NCBI RefSeq assembly: GCF_009834535.1
Contig: NC_045697.1
Coordinates: 29,266,001 to 29,330,000 of the forward strand
DNA: 64,000 bases
Source of the DNA: Camelus ferus
Lineage: Eukaryota
Reading direction: 5' to 3'
The first letter of the stretch is position 1; each line of letters begins with the position of its first letter. Of the stretch, positions 38,874 through 52,905 are shown piece by piece. The notes below the pieces were generated by a model, which saw only the letters and a list, made by a program, of their open reading frames with translations, did not search any database and had not been told where the DNA came from. Made by a program: the position numbers and the translations under genes.

Positions 38874-39210
38874 CAAGATCAGCAAACTTTTTCCTGTAAA
38901 GGGCCAGTTAGTAAGTATACGTTTTGAGAGCCAGCCAGTCTTTGTCACAGCTACTCAATTCTGCCACTGTTAGTGTGAAAGCAGCTATAGAAAACACATA
39001 AACAAATTAGCCTGGCTATGTGCCAATAACACCTTATTTACGGACTCTGAAATTTGAATTTTACATAATTTTGTATGCCATGAAATATTATTCTCCTTTT
39101 GATTTTTTTTCAACTGTTTGTAAACATAAAAACTACTCTTAGCTCGTGGGCTGTATAAAAATAGGTGATAGGCTGGATTTGGCTTGTGATTCATATTTCG
39201 CCAACCCCTA
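38874..39210 (+). mobile_element. MER58B (hAT-Charlie)
   Basis: 'gcaaactttttcctgtaaagggccag...ctgaaatttgaattt...ggctggatttggc...ccaacccct'. Confidence 0.9.
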
Positions 39211-41189
39211 CTCAAGAGCATGAAATCAAAACCTAGAGAAATGAAGAAACTTATTTAAGAATATGGAAGAACCAGGACTATGGTCTATTTTTTTCTGCTT
39301 ACTCAGCTTACTGGGCTGTAACTTAACATAAAGAAATGAAAATAATGAAAGCCACAAGGAGATAATTTAATTATGTGTGGGGAAGGGGTATTTTAAAGCC
39401 AGGAGTCAGCTGCTATGAAACATTCTTAATTAAAGCAAGGTCAGAATGTCTGCCATTACTGCTCCACATGCCTTATCTATAATACAATGGCAAAAATACA
39501 ATGCATTCTTTCTATTAGTAATGTTTCCTTTCCTCTGCCACAAAATTGTACACTGTTATTAACTGCAAACTCTGCAAATAATAATAAGCTAAAGGGTTAT
39601 GGGAGAGAAAAGCAATAGGTTAAATTCTTAAATTACAGTATTTATTGTCCCAACCTAGAATTAGTGGATTTAAAAGAAAGATTGGCTCCAATCTTCTCCA
39701 CTAATGAAAATTTATGTATAATCTATATACAATTAATATAGCATTACTTTGAAGATGTGATGTTTGGGCTCTTCTCTTTTATCATTCAATATTTACTGAA
39801 GAGTTACCATGTTCCAGACGATATTCTAGACCTGAATGTATTATAGTAAATTCTCTTATCTCCTCTTTCAGAGGAGTCTCCACATTGACAAATTTTAGCT
39901 ACAGTCTACTACCACCTTGCTCTTTATATGACAATCAACAAAAAGTATAAAAACCACTAATAAGTTACCTGATTAGTTCGTTATTTATTACAAAGTGCTT
40001 TGAAACATAAGGAGCAATACTAACGTCAAACAAATTCAAATCAATAAAACTTCACTTGCTATTTGCCAGGCACACTATAACTAGCAGAAATCTTAAAAAT
40101 ATTTTATAATAACATGTTTGTTCAACTTTCCAACAAATGCAAAAAACTTCACACTGATTTTCTCTCTCTCCCACCTTTTTCATTTCTTCCCACGATCCCT
40201 ATGTCACAGAAAATACAGGGACTTGTACAAGAACATAATTAATTTTAGCAAGGGGAGTATCAGGATTAGAACCCAGGGCTTCTATTTTTAAGACTCTTTC
40301 TTTACCCAATATCTCCAAGACTAAAAATTTAGGTAAACAAGCAAGCAGAAGGGCAATTCCAGCTGCACAGCAAATTCTGTTTGTTACACACAGTATTACT
40401 GTTTAAGGTGAGTGAAAACAAGGCAACTTCTTCCCTTTTCATTCTCATTCTACAAACATGAAAAACTAGAAATACCAGATGGACCTAGAGGTATTTATGC
40501 ATGGTAAGCCGAACTTTTTACTTGCAAGATCACTTTAAATGTGCGGTAAACACCTATAACTGAAATGTGTTGATTTAACTAAACCACAGTGTTAGATGGT
40601 TGACTTTTCCTTGAACAAATTATCATTTTGTCTTTTCAGTACTCCTAGTCTAAACACTAAAATGACTGCTTGTGAAACTCATGCCTTCATCATTATGTTT
40701 CTCCCACTTCTGATTGATGGTTTGGGGTGGCTACTATCAATACTTTCTCCAAGGTGTTTAGTGGCAAATTAAGTCATAAATGCAGTGGTGGCGGAGGGAC
40801 CCCATTCAGCAGGTCCTGGCTCATCTTACAACCCCAGGGCTTGGTTCAAGGGTGAAAATCTGAAATCAAGATGATCCAAGGTTGGCCAAAGGACCACCCT
40901 CAGTTTGAATCTAGTTTTAGCAGGTCCTGAGGAGATGCATTTTCATGTATGTTTTCAAGTTGGCCACAGGTCAACACAAGGACTTCTCCTGTCAAGATCA
41001 GCTTCTGGACTGGAGCTAGCCAGGACCCGGTCTCCTGGCGGATACTGAAACTGGCAGAGTTCCTTTCAGACACAGGGAGCAAACGGATGGGGCGTGTTCA
41101 GTGACCACACAGAGGCAGCCCCCTCCCTAGAACCCCTTGCAAGTCCCACTGTACCTAAGCCTACACTTGCTGAGTTCTTTACTTGTTCT

Positions 41190-41579
41190 AAGAGTAATGT
41201 TTTTAAATGAATTAAATGAAATACATGTTAAAAAATAAAATATATTGAAATACTGTTATCAATTTTTATATGATAATGTATGTTCTTCCTTACTAACACA
41301 TTGAATAACAAGATCGGGGTTCTAATTATCATAAATTTGAATTAGCTTAAACAATATTTCTAAGATATCTGCAACAACTGTAATGTGATATGAAAACGTC
41401 TGTGATTTCTTTCAGTGGAAAGCCACAGCTATCGCTAATACTCGCATCATATGTTGCCTACATTCATTGTTAAAGGAAATGCTAACTTTTATTCAGAGTT
41501 TAGTGTAAATAAAAATTTAATTTTTTCATCCAAGATCACCCTAAATTCTACTGATGGACCCCAGGCTAATAATTCCTGA
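41190..41579 (+). mobile_element. Charlie2-like DNA transposon end
   Basis: 'gatatctgcaacaactgtaatgtgatatgaaa...aaggaaatgctaa...tggaccccaggctaataattcctg'. Confidence 0.8.
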
Positions 41580-41671
41580 GAGGTTTGAAAACAAAAACCC
41601 AACTAAGAGAGTTAAAGACTCAGTCACTGCCTGACAAAAAAATTTCCAGGCTGGAGATGCCCTTTCTCTTT

Positions 41672-42221
41672 ATTTTTTAATTTTAATCCTTATTGAAGTA
41701 TATTTGACTTATAAGATTATATTAGTTTCAGGTGTACAACATAGTGATTTGATGTTTTTATACACTATAAAATGATCACCACATAAATCTAGTTACAATC
41801 CATCATCATACAAAATTATTACATTATTATTGAGTATATTCTCAATGCTGTACATTACATCCCTGTGACCTATTTTATAACTGGAAGTCTGTACATCTTA
41901 ATCCCCTCTACCTATTTCACTCATCCCCCTCCCTCCCTTCTTCCCTGGCAATCACCAGTTTGTTTTCTATATCTATGAGTCTGTTTCTGTTTTGTTATGT
42001 TTGTTTGTTTTGTTTTTCAGATTCCATGTGTAAGTGAAATCATGTGGTATTTGTCTTTCTCCGTTTGACTTATTCCAATAAGCATAATATCCTTTAGATC
42101 CATCCATATTGTTCCAAATGGCAAGATTTCATTCTTTATTGAGTAATATTCTATTGTGTGTGTGTATATATATACATATGCACACACAACATCTTTATCC
42201 ATCACTTAGGACACTTAGGCT
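41672..42221 (-). mobile_element. L1 3' region
   Basis: 'tattagtttcaggtgtacaacatagtgatt...tcagattccatgtgtaagtgaaatcat'; flanking repeat gctggagat. Confidence 0.9.
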
Positions 42222-43789
42222 GCTGGAGATACTCCTTCTTTTCCAACCACTTTATTTGCAAATCTCAGTCCTAGTTACCCAGTGAAAGATTATTCCTACC
42301 CACTCCATCTCCCATTATCTGTTGCTGTGAGTTCTAAGTGTGTACTGGTGTTTCAAAGCATTAGAAAGCACCCTCAGAATAAACCCCTTTCTAAAAGAAA
42401 GACATGCCACCCAAAGACAATTGTTCATATAATTTACTGCAAAATATCCCTGAAAATTTAGGAAAAAATAGGACACATCTTACTGATTTAATACCATCAA
42501 CGATTTTGCTTTCAGTTCCTTTATTGTGGAAAAAAGCCCTTTATACCCTAGCCAAATACTTTTTTGATGAACTTACATAATTCAGCAGATGTCAGATGGT
42601 CAACAGAGGTCAACAGATGATGTTCTAGAAAAGCCTAGCTTTGGGTGATTAAGATTGGGCCAAAGTAGAAGTCCTGAGGACTACAATCTTGGAGTCACTT
42701 TTAACATTAGTTTTTAGAAATGTATCTTATTAGCAGAGACAAAACAGAGTGGTAAAGATGACTGCTATTATTGCCAGAAATAATAGCAGCATTAACAACA
42801 TCAATTAAGTCACTATCTTCATACAATGAAAATATAAGCAAGAGGGACTTTTAAGTCCTAAATGTAAACAGTAGACAGTGAATCTTTTATCAAAATAAGC
42901 TCAAAACCCTCCATTAATGAGTGAAGTCACTCATAGTCCTGATTTAAAGAGAGTACTACAATATACCAGTCAAAAGAAACAGTAACATGAAACTATAACA
43001 TACTACTACTTTTATAAGGGATCAAGAACAGTTAGTGCTGCTAGCAGAGTGACCTTTATATATAAGTGTGTTATAATGCTGCAAAGAATGTGTAAATGAT
43101 TTTAATAATTTTCAGGGACCTTTAGGGAGATGAAGACTGTGCTGTGTTCTAAAGCAAAGTGCAAATCCAGAAAAATGTGCTCACATCAAAAAATGCTTTC
43201 ACAATAATTATCGCCCACTGAAACAAAGCTTCATTTTTTTAAGGTACTGATGTAAACTGGGGCCTTGTTCTTTGAAAATAACATCTTGCCTAATTTAAAA
43301 AGTTAAAGAAACTATAAAAAGTTGTGCTTGATATAAACCTTGACATTTAGACTGGGGCAATCTGAATTTTATCTATAGCTATCCAGATCATAAGCAAACA
43401 AGTTACCAGATATCTACAAGGTTCCTGACAAACCAAATCATTGAGAAACTGCTTGTTAGATAAGTAAATTTGTTAGTTAAGTATAAAACTCTTAATTTCA
43501 TTTGAAATTGTGATAAAATAAATATTACAAATTGCATTTTGCTTTTTAGTATTATCTCTATATTCTCTCGCTTTCAGTTAATTAATGGAAAAAACAATGA
43601 ATTTTCCTGTAAAAAGTAGCAGAAATAAAACTTGGTGTGAAAGCCACACTCATGAAATAAAGTGTAGAATTAATTGGAAATTGATTTTTCTATGCCCTCT
43701 ACCTCAATAATTTCAACCATTTTAAACTCTTTTGGTTTATAATTTTCTGATTTAAATGTACATAAACAGAATACAATGTGATGAATAAG

Positions 43790-45700
43790 TACATCAAGGA
43801 TGCAGGATATGGGATCAATATATGAAAATTGTGATGTACGATCTACAATGAAATTAAGAAATTATTCCATTTATAACAGCATCAAAAAGAATGAAACACT
43901 TAGGAATATTTTAACAAAAGAAGTACAAAACTTACACTCTGAAAACCACCAAATATTGTTGAAAGAAATTAAAGAAGATTAAAAAAGGAAAGAAATCCCA
44001 TGTTCATGATCAAAAGACTTAATACTGTTAAATGACAATGCTCTCCAAACTGATTTACAGATTCAACATAATCCTTGTAAAACTCCTATGCTATTTCTTT
44101 GTGGAAATTGATAAGATTATCCTAAAATTTATATGTAAACTCAGAGGACCTAGGATAGCTAAAATAATCTTTTTTGAGGGGGGAGGTAATTAGGCTTATT
44201 TATTCATTTTTAGAGGCGGTACCAGGGATTGAATCCAGGACCTCATGCATACTAAGCATGAACTCTATCACTTGAGCTATACCCTCCACCTCTTAGAATA
44301 ATCTTTTAAAAAAACGAGGAGGACTCATGTTTCTCAATTTCAAAATTTATTACAAAGCAACAGTTTTAAGATATTGTGGTACTGGCATAAGATAAATATA
44401 TAGATCAATGGAATAGAATTGAGAGTCCAGAAATAAACTCATATATTTATGGTCAATTGGTTTTGACAAAGGTATCAAGATCATTCAACAGGAAAGGACA
44501 GTCTCTTCTTAAAAAATAGTTCTGGGACAACTAGGTATCCACATGCAAAAAAGTGAAATTGACACCTGCATCAAACCATATATAAAACGCAAAGTGGATC
44601 AAAGACCTAAATGCAAGAGTCAAAACTATAATGCTCTTAGAAGAAAATACAGGAATAAATGTGTGACCTTAGATTAGGTAAATTTCTTAGATATGACACC
44701 AAAAGCACAAGCAACAAAAGAAAAAATAAACTGGGCTTCATCAAAAGTTTAAATATACATCATCAGAAGTTAAAACATTAGTGATGCAAAAGACACTATC
44801 AAGAGAGCCAAAAGACAACCCAAAGAATGGAAGAAAATATTTTCCAGCCGTATAACTGATAAGGGACTTGTATGTAGAATTCATTAAGAACTCAATAATA
44901 AGACCAAAAAACCCAACTTAAAAATGGACAAAGATCTGGACATTTGCCAAAAGGACATTTCTCCAAAGAAAGTATACAAATGGCCAATAAGCACTTGAAA
45001 AGATGCTCAATACTCTTAGTCACTAAGGAAATTCAAATCAAAATCACAATGAGATACCAGTTCATACCCACTAAGATGGAGAGAATAAAAACAAAACAAA
45101 ACAAACAGAAAAATGGAAAATAACAAGTGTTGACGAGGATGTACAGAAACTAAATCCACGTACATTGCTGGTGGAAATGTAAGATGGTGCAGCCACTGTG
45201 AAAAACCACACAAAAACGTGGATACGAATGTTCATAGCAGCATTATTCATAATAGCCTAAAAGTAGAAACAACCCAAATGTTCATTGACTAATGAAGGGA
45301 CAAAGAAAATGTGATTTGTCCATACAAATGCAATATTATTTACCCAGAAAAAGTAACAAAGTACTAATATATGCTACAGCACGGGTGAACCTTGAAAACA
45401 TTATGCTAAGTGAAAGAAAATACTTACAAAAGAGCACATATTATATGATTCCATTTACCAGAAATGTCCAAAATAGACACTTCTACCAAGACAGCAAGTA
45501 GATTAGTGGTTGCTTAGAGCTGGGAAAGAAAGCTAAAAAGTACAGGATTTTTGGAGGAAGGTGATGAAATGATTCTAAAATTGATTATAGTTAATGTTGC
45601 ACAACTCTATGACTACACTAAAAGCTATGAATTGTGTATTTTAAATGAGTGAACTGTATGGTAGGTGAATTACATATCAATAAAACTGTTACAAAAAATA
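43790..45700 (+). mobile_element. L1MB-like element: degraded ORF2 3' half plus 3' UTR
   Basis: ORF remnant 'LTKEVQNLHSENHQILLKEIKED'; 'atagatcaatggaatagaattgagagtccagaaataaac'; ends 'tcaataaaactgtt'. Confidence 0.92.
44173..44292 (-). mobile_element. tRNA-derived camelid SINE (Vic-1-like)
   Basis: 'ggggggaggtaattaggcttatt...gggattgaatccaggacctc...gagctataccctcc'; TSD aaaataatcttt/agaataatcttt. Confidence 0.92.
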
Positions 45701-46022
45701 ACATGACTCAAATGACCCATTATCTAAATATGAGACAGATTATTAGAGTCCTATGAAAAAAATCCAAGGTGCATTCATTCACTCATAGGGATACAATAGG
45801 AAATAGGAGGAGGACCAAGTTTATGGGTAAAACAATTTTGGGCATGCTGGGTTTGAAAAGCCAGTGGGGTATAACCCAGTAAAAGAAGACCAGCATGCAA
45901 TCAGAGCTATAAATCAGCACAAAAGGGCAGAGGTTTGTACTGGGGTTTACAAATCTGGAGATCATTTGTATATGCTTATAGTAGTTAAAATTGTATGTGT
46001 AGAAAATGTGTAAGGCAGAGGG

Positions 46023-46885
46023 GTTTTTTTGGTAATTGTGATAAAATACACATAACATAAAATTTACCATCTTAACCATTTAAAAATACGTAGTTTGGTA
46101 ATGTTCAGTATATTCACATTGTTGTGCAATCAATCACCAGAACTTTTTCATCTTGCAACATTGAATCTCTATTCCCTTTAAACAACTACTTCGCATTTCC
46201 CCTTCTCCCTAGTTCCCTGAAACCACCATTCTATTTCCTGTTTCTATTAATTTGATACTGTAAATACCTCATATAAATATTTGTCTTTTTGTGATTGGCT
46301 TATTTAACTTAGCATAATATCTTCAAGGTTCATCCATGTTGTAGCATGTGTCAGAATTTCCTTTTTAAGGCTGAATAATATGTATTTACCACATTTTGTT
46401 TATCCATTCATTTGTTGAGAGACTCTTGGGTTGCTTCCACCTCCTGGCTACAGTGAATAATGCTGCTATAAACATGGATGCATTAATAATTTCTTTGAGA
46501 TCCTACTTTTAATTCTTTTGGTATATGCCAAGAAGTGGAATTGCTGGATCATATAAAGCTATTTTTAAATTTTTGAGAATTTGGCATACTGCTTTCCACA
46601 GCAGCTACATCAAGTTAAGAGTTCCACCACAGCGCAAAAGCGTTCCAGATTTTCCACATCCTCACCAAAACATGTTCTTTTCTTTCTTTTTTTTAAATAG
46701 TACCCATTCTAACGGGTGTGAGGTGATATTTCATTGTGGTTTTAATTCGCATTTTCCTGATAATTAGAGAAGCTGAGTATTTTTTTTATATGCTTTTGGC
46801 CATTTCTGTATCTTCTTTGGAGAAATATCTATTCAAGTTTTAGCCCGTTTTTAATGCAGTGATTTGTTTTGTTGTTGTTATTGAG
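46023..46885 (-). mobile_element. L1MB-like 3' region
   Basis: 'aaaatacacataacataaaatttaccatcttaacc...agaagtggaattgctggatcata'. Confidence 0.92.
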
Positions 46886-48085
46886 GAATTCTTAATTGAG
46901 GACACATGGACCACACGTAGTGTGAATGAGTAGGATTAAGCAGACCCTGATACTGTATGTGCATATGCTTTCTTTTTCTTCAGAGATTCTCTAGCTCTTA
47001 TCAGATATGATTTCCACAGACAAAATAGCCTTTCCCCTCTAAATGTGTAAATAATGCATCTAGGAAAAAACCAAAGGATAAAAGTATGTTTCCAAGTCCA
47101 TTGTTTGTTTATTGCTTTGTTTATATCTTTTGTCATACAAGGACAGCCATTTTTATATAGTGAAGTATATATGTCTTTTCTTTTAGAGTTTCAGAATTTT
47201 TCAGTCATGGTCAGAGATATTACCTCACCCTTTAGATTGAATATATAATAACCTAGATTTCTTTGTGTGATATCTTCATTGAGTTATATTTTTACCTTTA
47301 AGTTTTTAATCTTCCAGGAATGTATTTTATATTAGTGTATAGTGGAGGTCCTTCTTCATTTTCTCCAAGATAGGTGACAGTTATTTTCATTTCTTTGCTT
47401 GTCAAAACATATAAGGCAATGTAAATAATACTGGTGATGGAAGCCATCCTAATTTTTTATTGAAATGTTTTTTGTGATTTGCCATTGCATATTTGCTTGC
47501 TGAGTTTTGCCATTGCATATTTGCTTGCCATTACTAACCATAGTTAAATGGTTTCCTTCTACTGTTATTTTTCTAAGAGATTTTATCAGGAATGGCTGCT
47601 GAGTTCCATTGACTACGTTCTTAGCATTTATTGATATGCTTATATTTTTCTTCTTTATTGATGTAATAGATTTTTGAGAATGAACCATTTTTATGTTCTG
47701 GAATAAATCCTGTTTAGCCATAGTATATTATTCTTTTGCTACACAGTCAGATTTTGAATTTTTGCATCTACATTCATAAATGAGATTGGTCTGTACTTAT
47801 GTTATTAAACTATATTTTTCAGTTTTGGGTATTAAAGTTTGACATTTTATACAATGAATTAGGAGAGTTTCGTCTGGAATGGTAAACAATTTGATAATTA
47901 TCTCTTTTTTTTAAAGTCAGATATAGCAGGGAAGCCATATGGCTTCGGTGCCCTTTTCTGATAGAAGACTTCAAGTTATCTTTTCAATCTCTTCTATAAT
48001 AATTGGTCTGTTCACATTTTCTACTTCTTTGGGGGTTAATTTTACTTGCTTATTTTTTTTTACCAGAAAATCATTAATTTCTTCT

Positions 48086-49034
48086 CCTTTTTTATTTTTT
48101 TTTTATTGAAGTATAGTCAGTTTACAATGTTGTGTCAATTTCTGGTGTACAGCATAATGCTTCAGTCATACATGAACATGAATATATTTGTTTTCACATT
48201 CTTTTTCACCATAAGTTACTATAAGATATTGGATATAGTTCCCTGTGCTATACAGTATGAACTTGTTGTTTATCTATTTTGTATATATTAGCTAGTATCT
48301 GCAGATCTCAAACTCCCAGATTATACCTTCCTACCCACTTCCCCCTCTGGTGACCAAAGATTTGTTTTCTATGTCTGTGAGTCTATTTCTATTTGTAAAT
48401 AAGTACATTTCTTCTTTTTTTAGATTCCAAATATAAGTGATATTATACAGTATTTTTCTTTCTCTTTCTGGCTTGCTTCACTTAGAATGACAGTCTCCAG
48501 GTCCATCCATGTTGCTGCAAATGGCATTATTTTATTATTTTTTACGGCTGAGTTGTATTCCATTGTATAAATATATCACAACTTCTTTATCTAGTCATCT
48601 GTTGATGGACATTTAGGTTGTTTCCATGTCTTGGCTATTGTAAATAGTGCTGCTGTGAACAACGGGGTGCATGTATCTTTTTTTAAACCATTTTTTATTT
48701 ATTTATGTATTTATTTTATAATATATTTTTAAATTAAAGTGTAGTTAATGTACAGTATTATATGTTACAGGTATACAATATAGTGATTCACAAATGTTTA
48801 AAGGTTATACTCCATTTATAGTTATTATAAAATATTGGCTATATTCCTCATGTACAATACACCCTTGTAGTTTATTTTATACCTGATAGTTTGTACCTCT
48901 TAATCCTCCCACCTCCGTCTTGCCCCTCCTCCTTCCCCCTCCCCACTGGTAAATACTAGTTCCTTCTCTACATTTGTGAGTCTGGTTTTTTTTCTGTTAT
49001 ACTCACTAGTTTGTTGTGGGGTGCATGTATCTTT
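48086..49034 (-). mobile_element. Young L1 3' end (outer insertion)
   Basis: 'ttgaagtatagtcagtttacaatgttgtgtcaatttctggtgtacagc'; TSD aatttcttct at 48076-48085 and 49035-49044. Confidence 0.92.
48681..49017 (-). mobile_element. Second L1 3' end (inner insertion)
   Basis: 'tacaatatagtgattcac...aaaggttatactccatttatag'; perfect 17-bp TSD ggggtgcatgtatcttt. Confidence 0.92.
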
Positions 49035-50751
49035 AATTTCTTCTAAAATTTCAAACTGCAGCCATAAAATTGCATGAAGTAATCTCTGTAACTATTCCTT
49101 TAATCTCTTCTGTATCTGGGTGTGTGACTTCTTCCTCTTTCTTCATTTTGCCTCTTTCTGCCCCTTGCAGTGTGTGGGGAGGGAAGAGGTGGGGGCGGTT
49201 ATTTCATTAATTGTTTCAAAGAACCAGATTTATTTGTCCTCGCTATCATTTTTGTTTCTTATTTAATTGGTTTTGGCTTTTAGCCTTAATACCTTTTCCT
49301 TATTTCTCTGGCTATTTTGTTTCCCCTTTTCTCATTGCTGATTTCTTAAAATAGATTCTTTGTTCTTTTAATGTTTAGTTTTATTTTCTACTGATGATTA
49401 AGTCCATGATAAATGTTTACTTCCTTTATCTTTATAAATAAATATAAAATTTTGCAAATTTCTTTACCTAATTTTCTGTGCTTACATAATGTTCTTCATC
49501 TTGTTTGGTGCTTTCAATCTTAATTTCATCTGTCTGATATTCATGTTACTAGCCTGTTTTCTTTTTCTTTACATATGCTTTCTTTGATACTTTGTTAGGC
49601 ATATTCCTTGTAGCTACCATACGGCTGAATTTTGTTTTTTCACCAGATCTGGCAGTTTCAGCTTTTTAATGGGTACATTCAGCTCATCACATCTAATGTT
49701 TTACCTTACGTAATATTGATCAGTTTAATTTAGATTTTGGTTTTCTCTTTTCCTTTTTCTCTATGTTTGCTCATTTCAACAAGTTAATATGCTTTCTATT
49801 ATACCCTTATTCCCCCATTCTATGCCTCTTCCTGTCCTCTACAGCAGAATATATGTCCTTAGTATTATTTGTAAATAAGTTACCCCCTGAGATGCCGTAT
49901 AACTTCCACTGTAATGTTCTAATCCAGCCCTACTGTTTCCCGCACCCCCACCCTGACTCTCCTCCATCCCACAGCTAAGACCTTTAGGACATTTTCACTT
50001 TCCTTTTCCATTATTCTCCACATCCCCATGGATCATCTGGGACCCCTCCTCCATAGACCTCAACAGCCAGAAGACCTATAGCCTCCTGGTTTCATTTTTA
50101 AAAATCTTGTATTTAAATCAACGAATAAGTCCATCCTTACCTATTTCATGAAAATGATGGAAAGCTAAAATGAGAAACCTGCAAAAGCACTTTGTGAGCT
50201 GTGAAATGGTGTCCATATACTAGAGAGGGAGGATGTGTAAGGAGGACTTGGCTGGTCTTGATCACAACGGACAGTGGTGGACAAGGTGGGATTATAGTCT
50301 CTGTGCTTCTGTGCCAGGAAGAAAAAGTGCTCCAGCTCTATTATTAGGCACAAAATCACAGCTACTGAGATTGACTTCTCTCAGCTAAGGCATTTTATTA
50401 TAGGGTATATGCATTTAATGGACACATACTGTAGGATGATATGCTAAACTATCAGAAACTATTAGCATCTTAGAAAGCTAAATATCTCACACGAAAGGGA
50501 CTCTGAACAGTAAAGTTCTGATAGGGTGGGACAGTTCTGAAGCATGGAAAACTGCCTGGAAATAGCTCCATGAAAGGTGTCTGAGAGATGGAGTTCCAGA
50601 CAGAAGACTGAGGCATCAGGCAGCAACTAAAAGAAGGGCAAGTAAAAGGAGAAGCCAACACATTTCACTTTTTCATAGTGTTGTCTCCTGCCTGTGCTGG
50701 TTAAAAAGTTTGTGGTATTATGTGGACTCAAGTCAGGACATAACACTCTAT

Positions 50752-51059
50752 CAGCACTGTCATGCAGAAATATAATAAGCTGCATGTATAATATCAAAAT
50801 GTTCTAGTGGCCACATTTTTAAAAAATATAAATATGAAATTAACTTTAATAATGTTTAATCTATCTACAATGTTGCTTTATTTCAATATGCCATCAATAT
50901 GAAATTATTAATGAGATATTTTCCTCTCTTGTTTTCTTGCTAAGTCTTTGAAATCTAGTGTGTATTTTTTTATTTAAAGTATATCTCAGTTTGGACTAGC
51001 CACAGTTCAAGTGCTCAATAGCCACATGTGGCAAGTGGCTGCCTGATTGGACAGCACTG
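50752..51059. mobile_element. MER33 (hAT-Charlie)
   Basis: TIR-like cagcactgtc / ggacagcactg; 'ttggactagccacagttcaagtgctcaatagccacatgtggc'. Confidence 0.88.
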
Positions 51060-52459
51060 CTCTTCAGTGAGGACGGTAAATACAGCACAGTCCTGGACTC
51101 TCCCACACCTCACCCCTGGTATGGTCTCCTGATTCTTATTGCCAGAGCCTGACAGGTGGGCCTTCTATTAGAGTTGGCACCTCAACAGAAAATAAACCTC
51201 AGTAGGAGGTTAGTTTCACGAGTGTAGGACTTTGGTCTGTTTATTCACTGCTATATCCCAACACCTAGAGCAGTGCCTGGCAAGTAATGGGCATTCAACA
51301 GATACTTATTTAATAGATTATATCTATTTGCCATCCTAGTTGCAGAGCTGGTGAACACAGCTCATTTCCCATAATTGTTATTATCTGAGAATAATTTTAA
51401 ATGAAGCTTGAACACTATAAAGAGAACATTTTCAAAACTTGCAAATGAAAAGAAAATTTTAAGTCAGTTCTAAAATTGAAAAGAGCTAACCCCTCTCTTG
51501 TTTCACTCATAGTGCTACTAGCAAAAACAAATTTTAATCTTTACAGAATTTCTAGTAGGCATTACACTATGACAGAAAGAAAAAAGAAATCAGCCATTGA
51601 CTGCATTTATCACAATGCCTATAATGACATTGTTTGCTGAATACCTTCCTGTAGTACTATATAACAAAATCTAAACACTTTGCAAAGTTCTCTATAATTT
51701 CAGTCTATTTCTTAACAAAGTCTCTGAAGAAGCACAAGATCAAATGAACAGATGCATTCAGAGCAATTGGTCACATTTCAGAATGAAGTCATTGCATTCT
51801 AGAGTTAAAAAAAAAAAAGCCCTAATGGATCTTAATACTTATGATCATTATCATGGTTATTATCATAGCTGTTCTTTATTGAGTCATTATATTCTAAGAA
51901 TGATGCTAAGGCTTTCATGTACATGATCTCATTAAAGACTTAAAATAATGCTAATAATCACTTGCTTAAAGTCATCTAGCTAATACATGAAATAGGCGGG
52001 ATTAAAACCCTGCTCTGCCTGCCTCTCATGTCTGGAATCTTGTCCACTCAGTTTGTCCACTCTCCCCATTTTTGTAGTGAGAATACTTAAGTCCCCCCAC
52101 ATTATGTGATACGACATGATTATATAGCTCTTAAATGGCACAGTCAGAACTCAAATCTACTTCTACTCTCAGGACCAGATTCTCTTCTTCATACAATTCA
52201 GTCTGTTCATAAGCAAAGCATAGGATCGTAATTTATTCAAAATGTATCTTTAAAATAATTGAAATCACAATTTGACTTTCACATAGAGGAAACCAGTTGA
52301 TTACTGATTTTTAGTCTATATACCATTAAAAGCAAAATATTACTTTGTGCAGCCAGGATGGGGGTTGGGGAAGCAGTATCAAGGTACAAAGTAGGGTACA
52401 TAATCATTGATCCTGGTCCCAAACTATGAGAATGAAGTGAACCATTATTGGTGAAAGTG

Positions 52460-52905
52460 GTAAGAGACTAAATGTTACTAGCAGAGGGACTTCACAGAGG
52501 ACCACAGAAAGTTGGATGGAGCTAAGTGGCATTAAGTGTGATTTAAAGGGGAGAGAGCTGTTCTGGGTTGCTTGTGGAGTGGAAACAGTCTCTCCAGATC
52601 CCTCCTGAGGGCTCTTCCTGCACCTTCTCCCCACATCCTTGAATCTCTGGCACCTGGATGGCTGGGACCAGAGGCCAGGGGAGTGTCCCAGCCTTGGGTG
52701 TTTTCAGGGCTAACCTGAAAGGCTGGCTCTGGAAGGCAGCAGGTGCCTTGTCAATCTCCATGAGCCCCAGGAGAACTTAGAACAATGGCCTTCTCAGTCC
52801 TGGCAGCCGAGGCGGCGCTCCTCAAGGACACCTCCCTTCCATTTAAGTCTCTTTTTATTGAAGCCAGCTGAATGCTGTCTTATTCGCATTAAGGGGGCTT
52901 GGACT
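52460..52905 (+). mobile_element. Probable ancient ERVL/MaLR LTR remnant
   Basis: GC-richer block with an LTR-like end 'ttattgaagccagctgaatg...tcgcattaaggggg'; weak match. Confidence 0.35.

Larger units (their letters stand above)
46930..49750 (-). mobile_element. Ancient L1M ORF2 remnant hosting two younger L1 insertions
   Basis: ORF 47449-47721 'ISISINAKNVVNGTQQPFLIKSLRKITVEG' aligns to L1 RT '[22 protein letters not shown]'. Confidence 0.7.

Noticed and set aside
43790..46885. Tail-to-tail L1 pair as a possible single inverted insertion
   Set aside because: The 3' UTR types differ and an L2 fragment lies between them, indicating independent insertions
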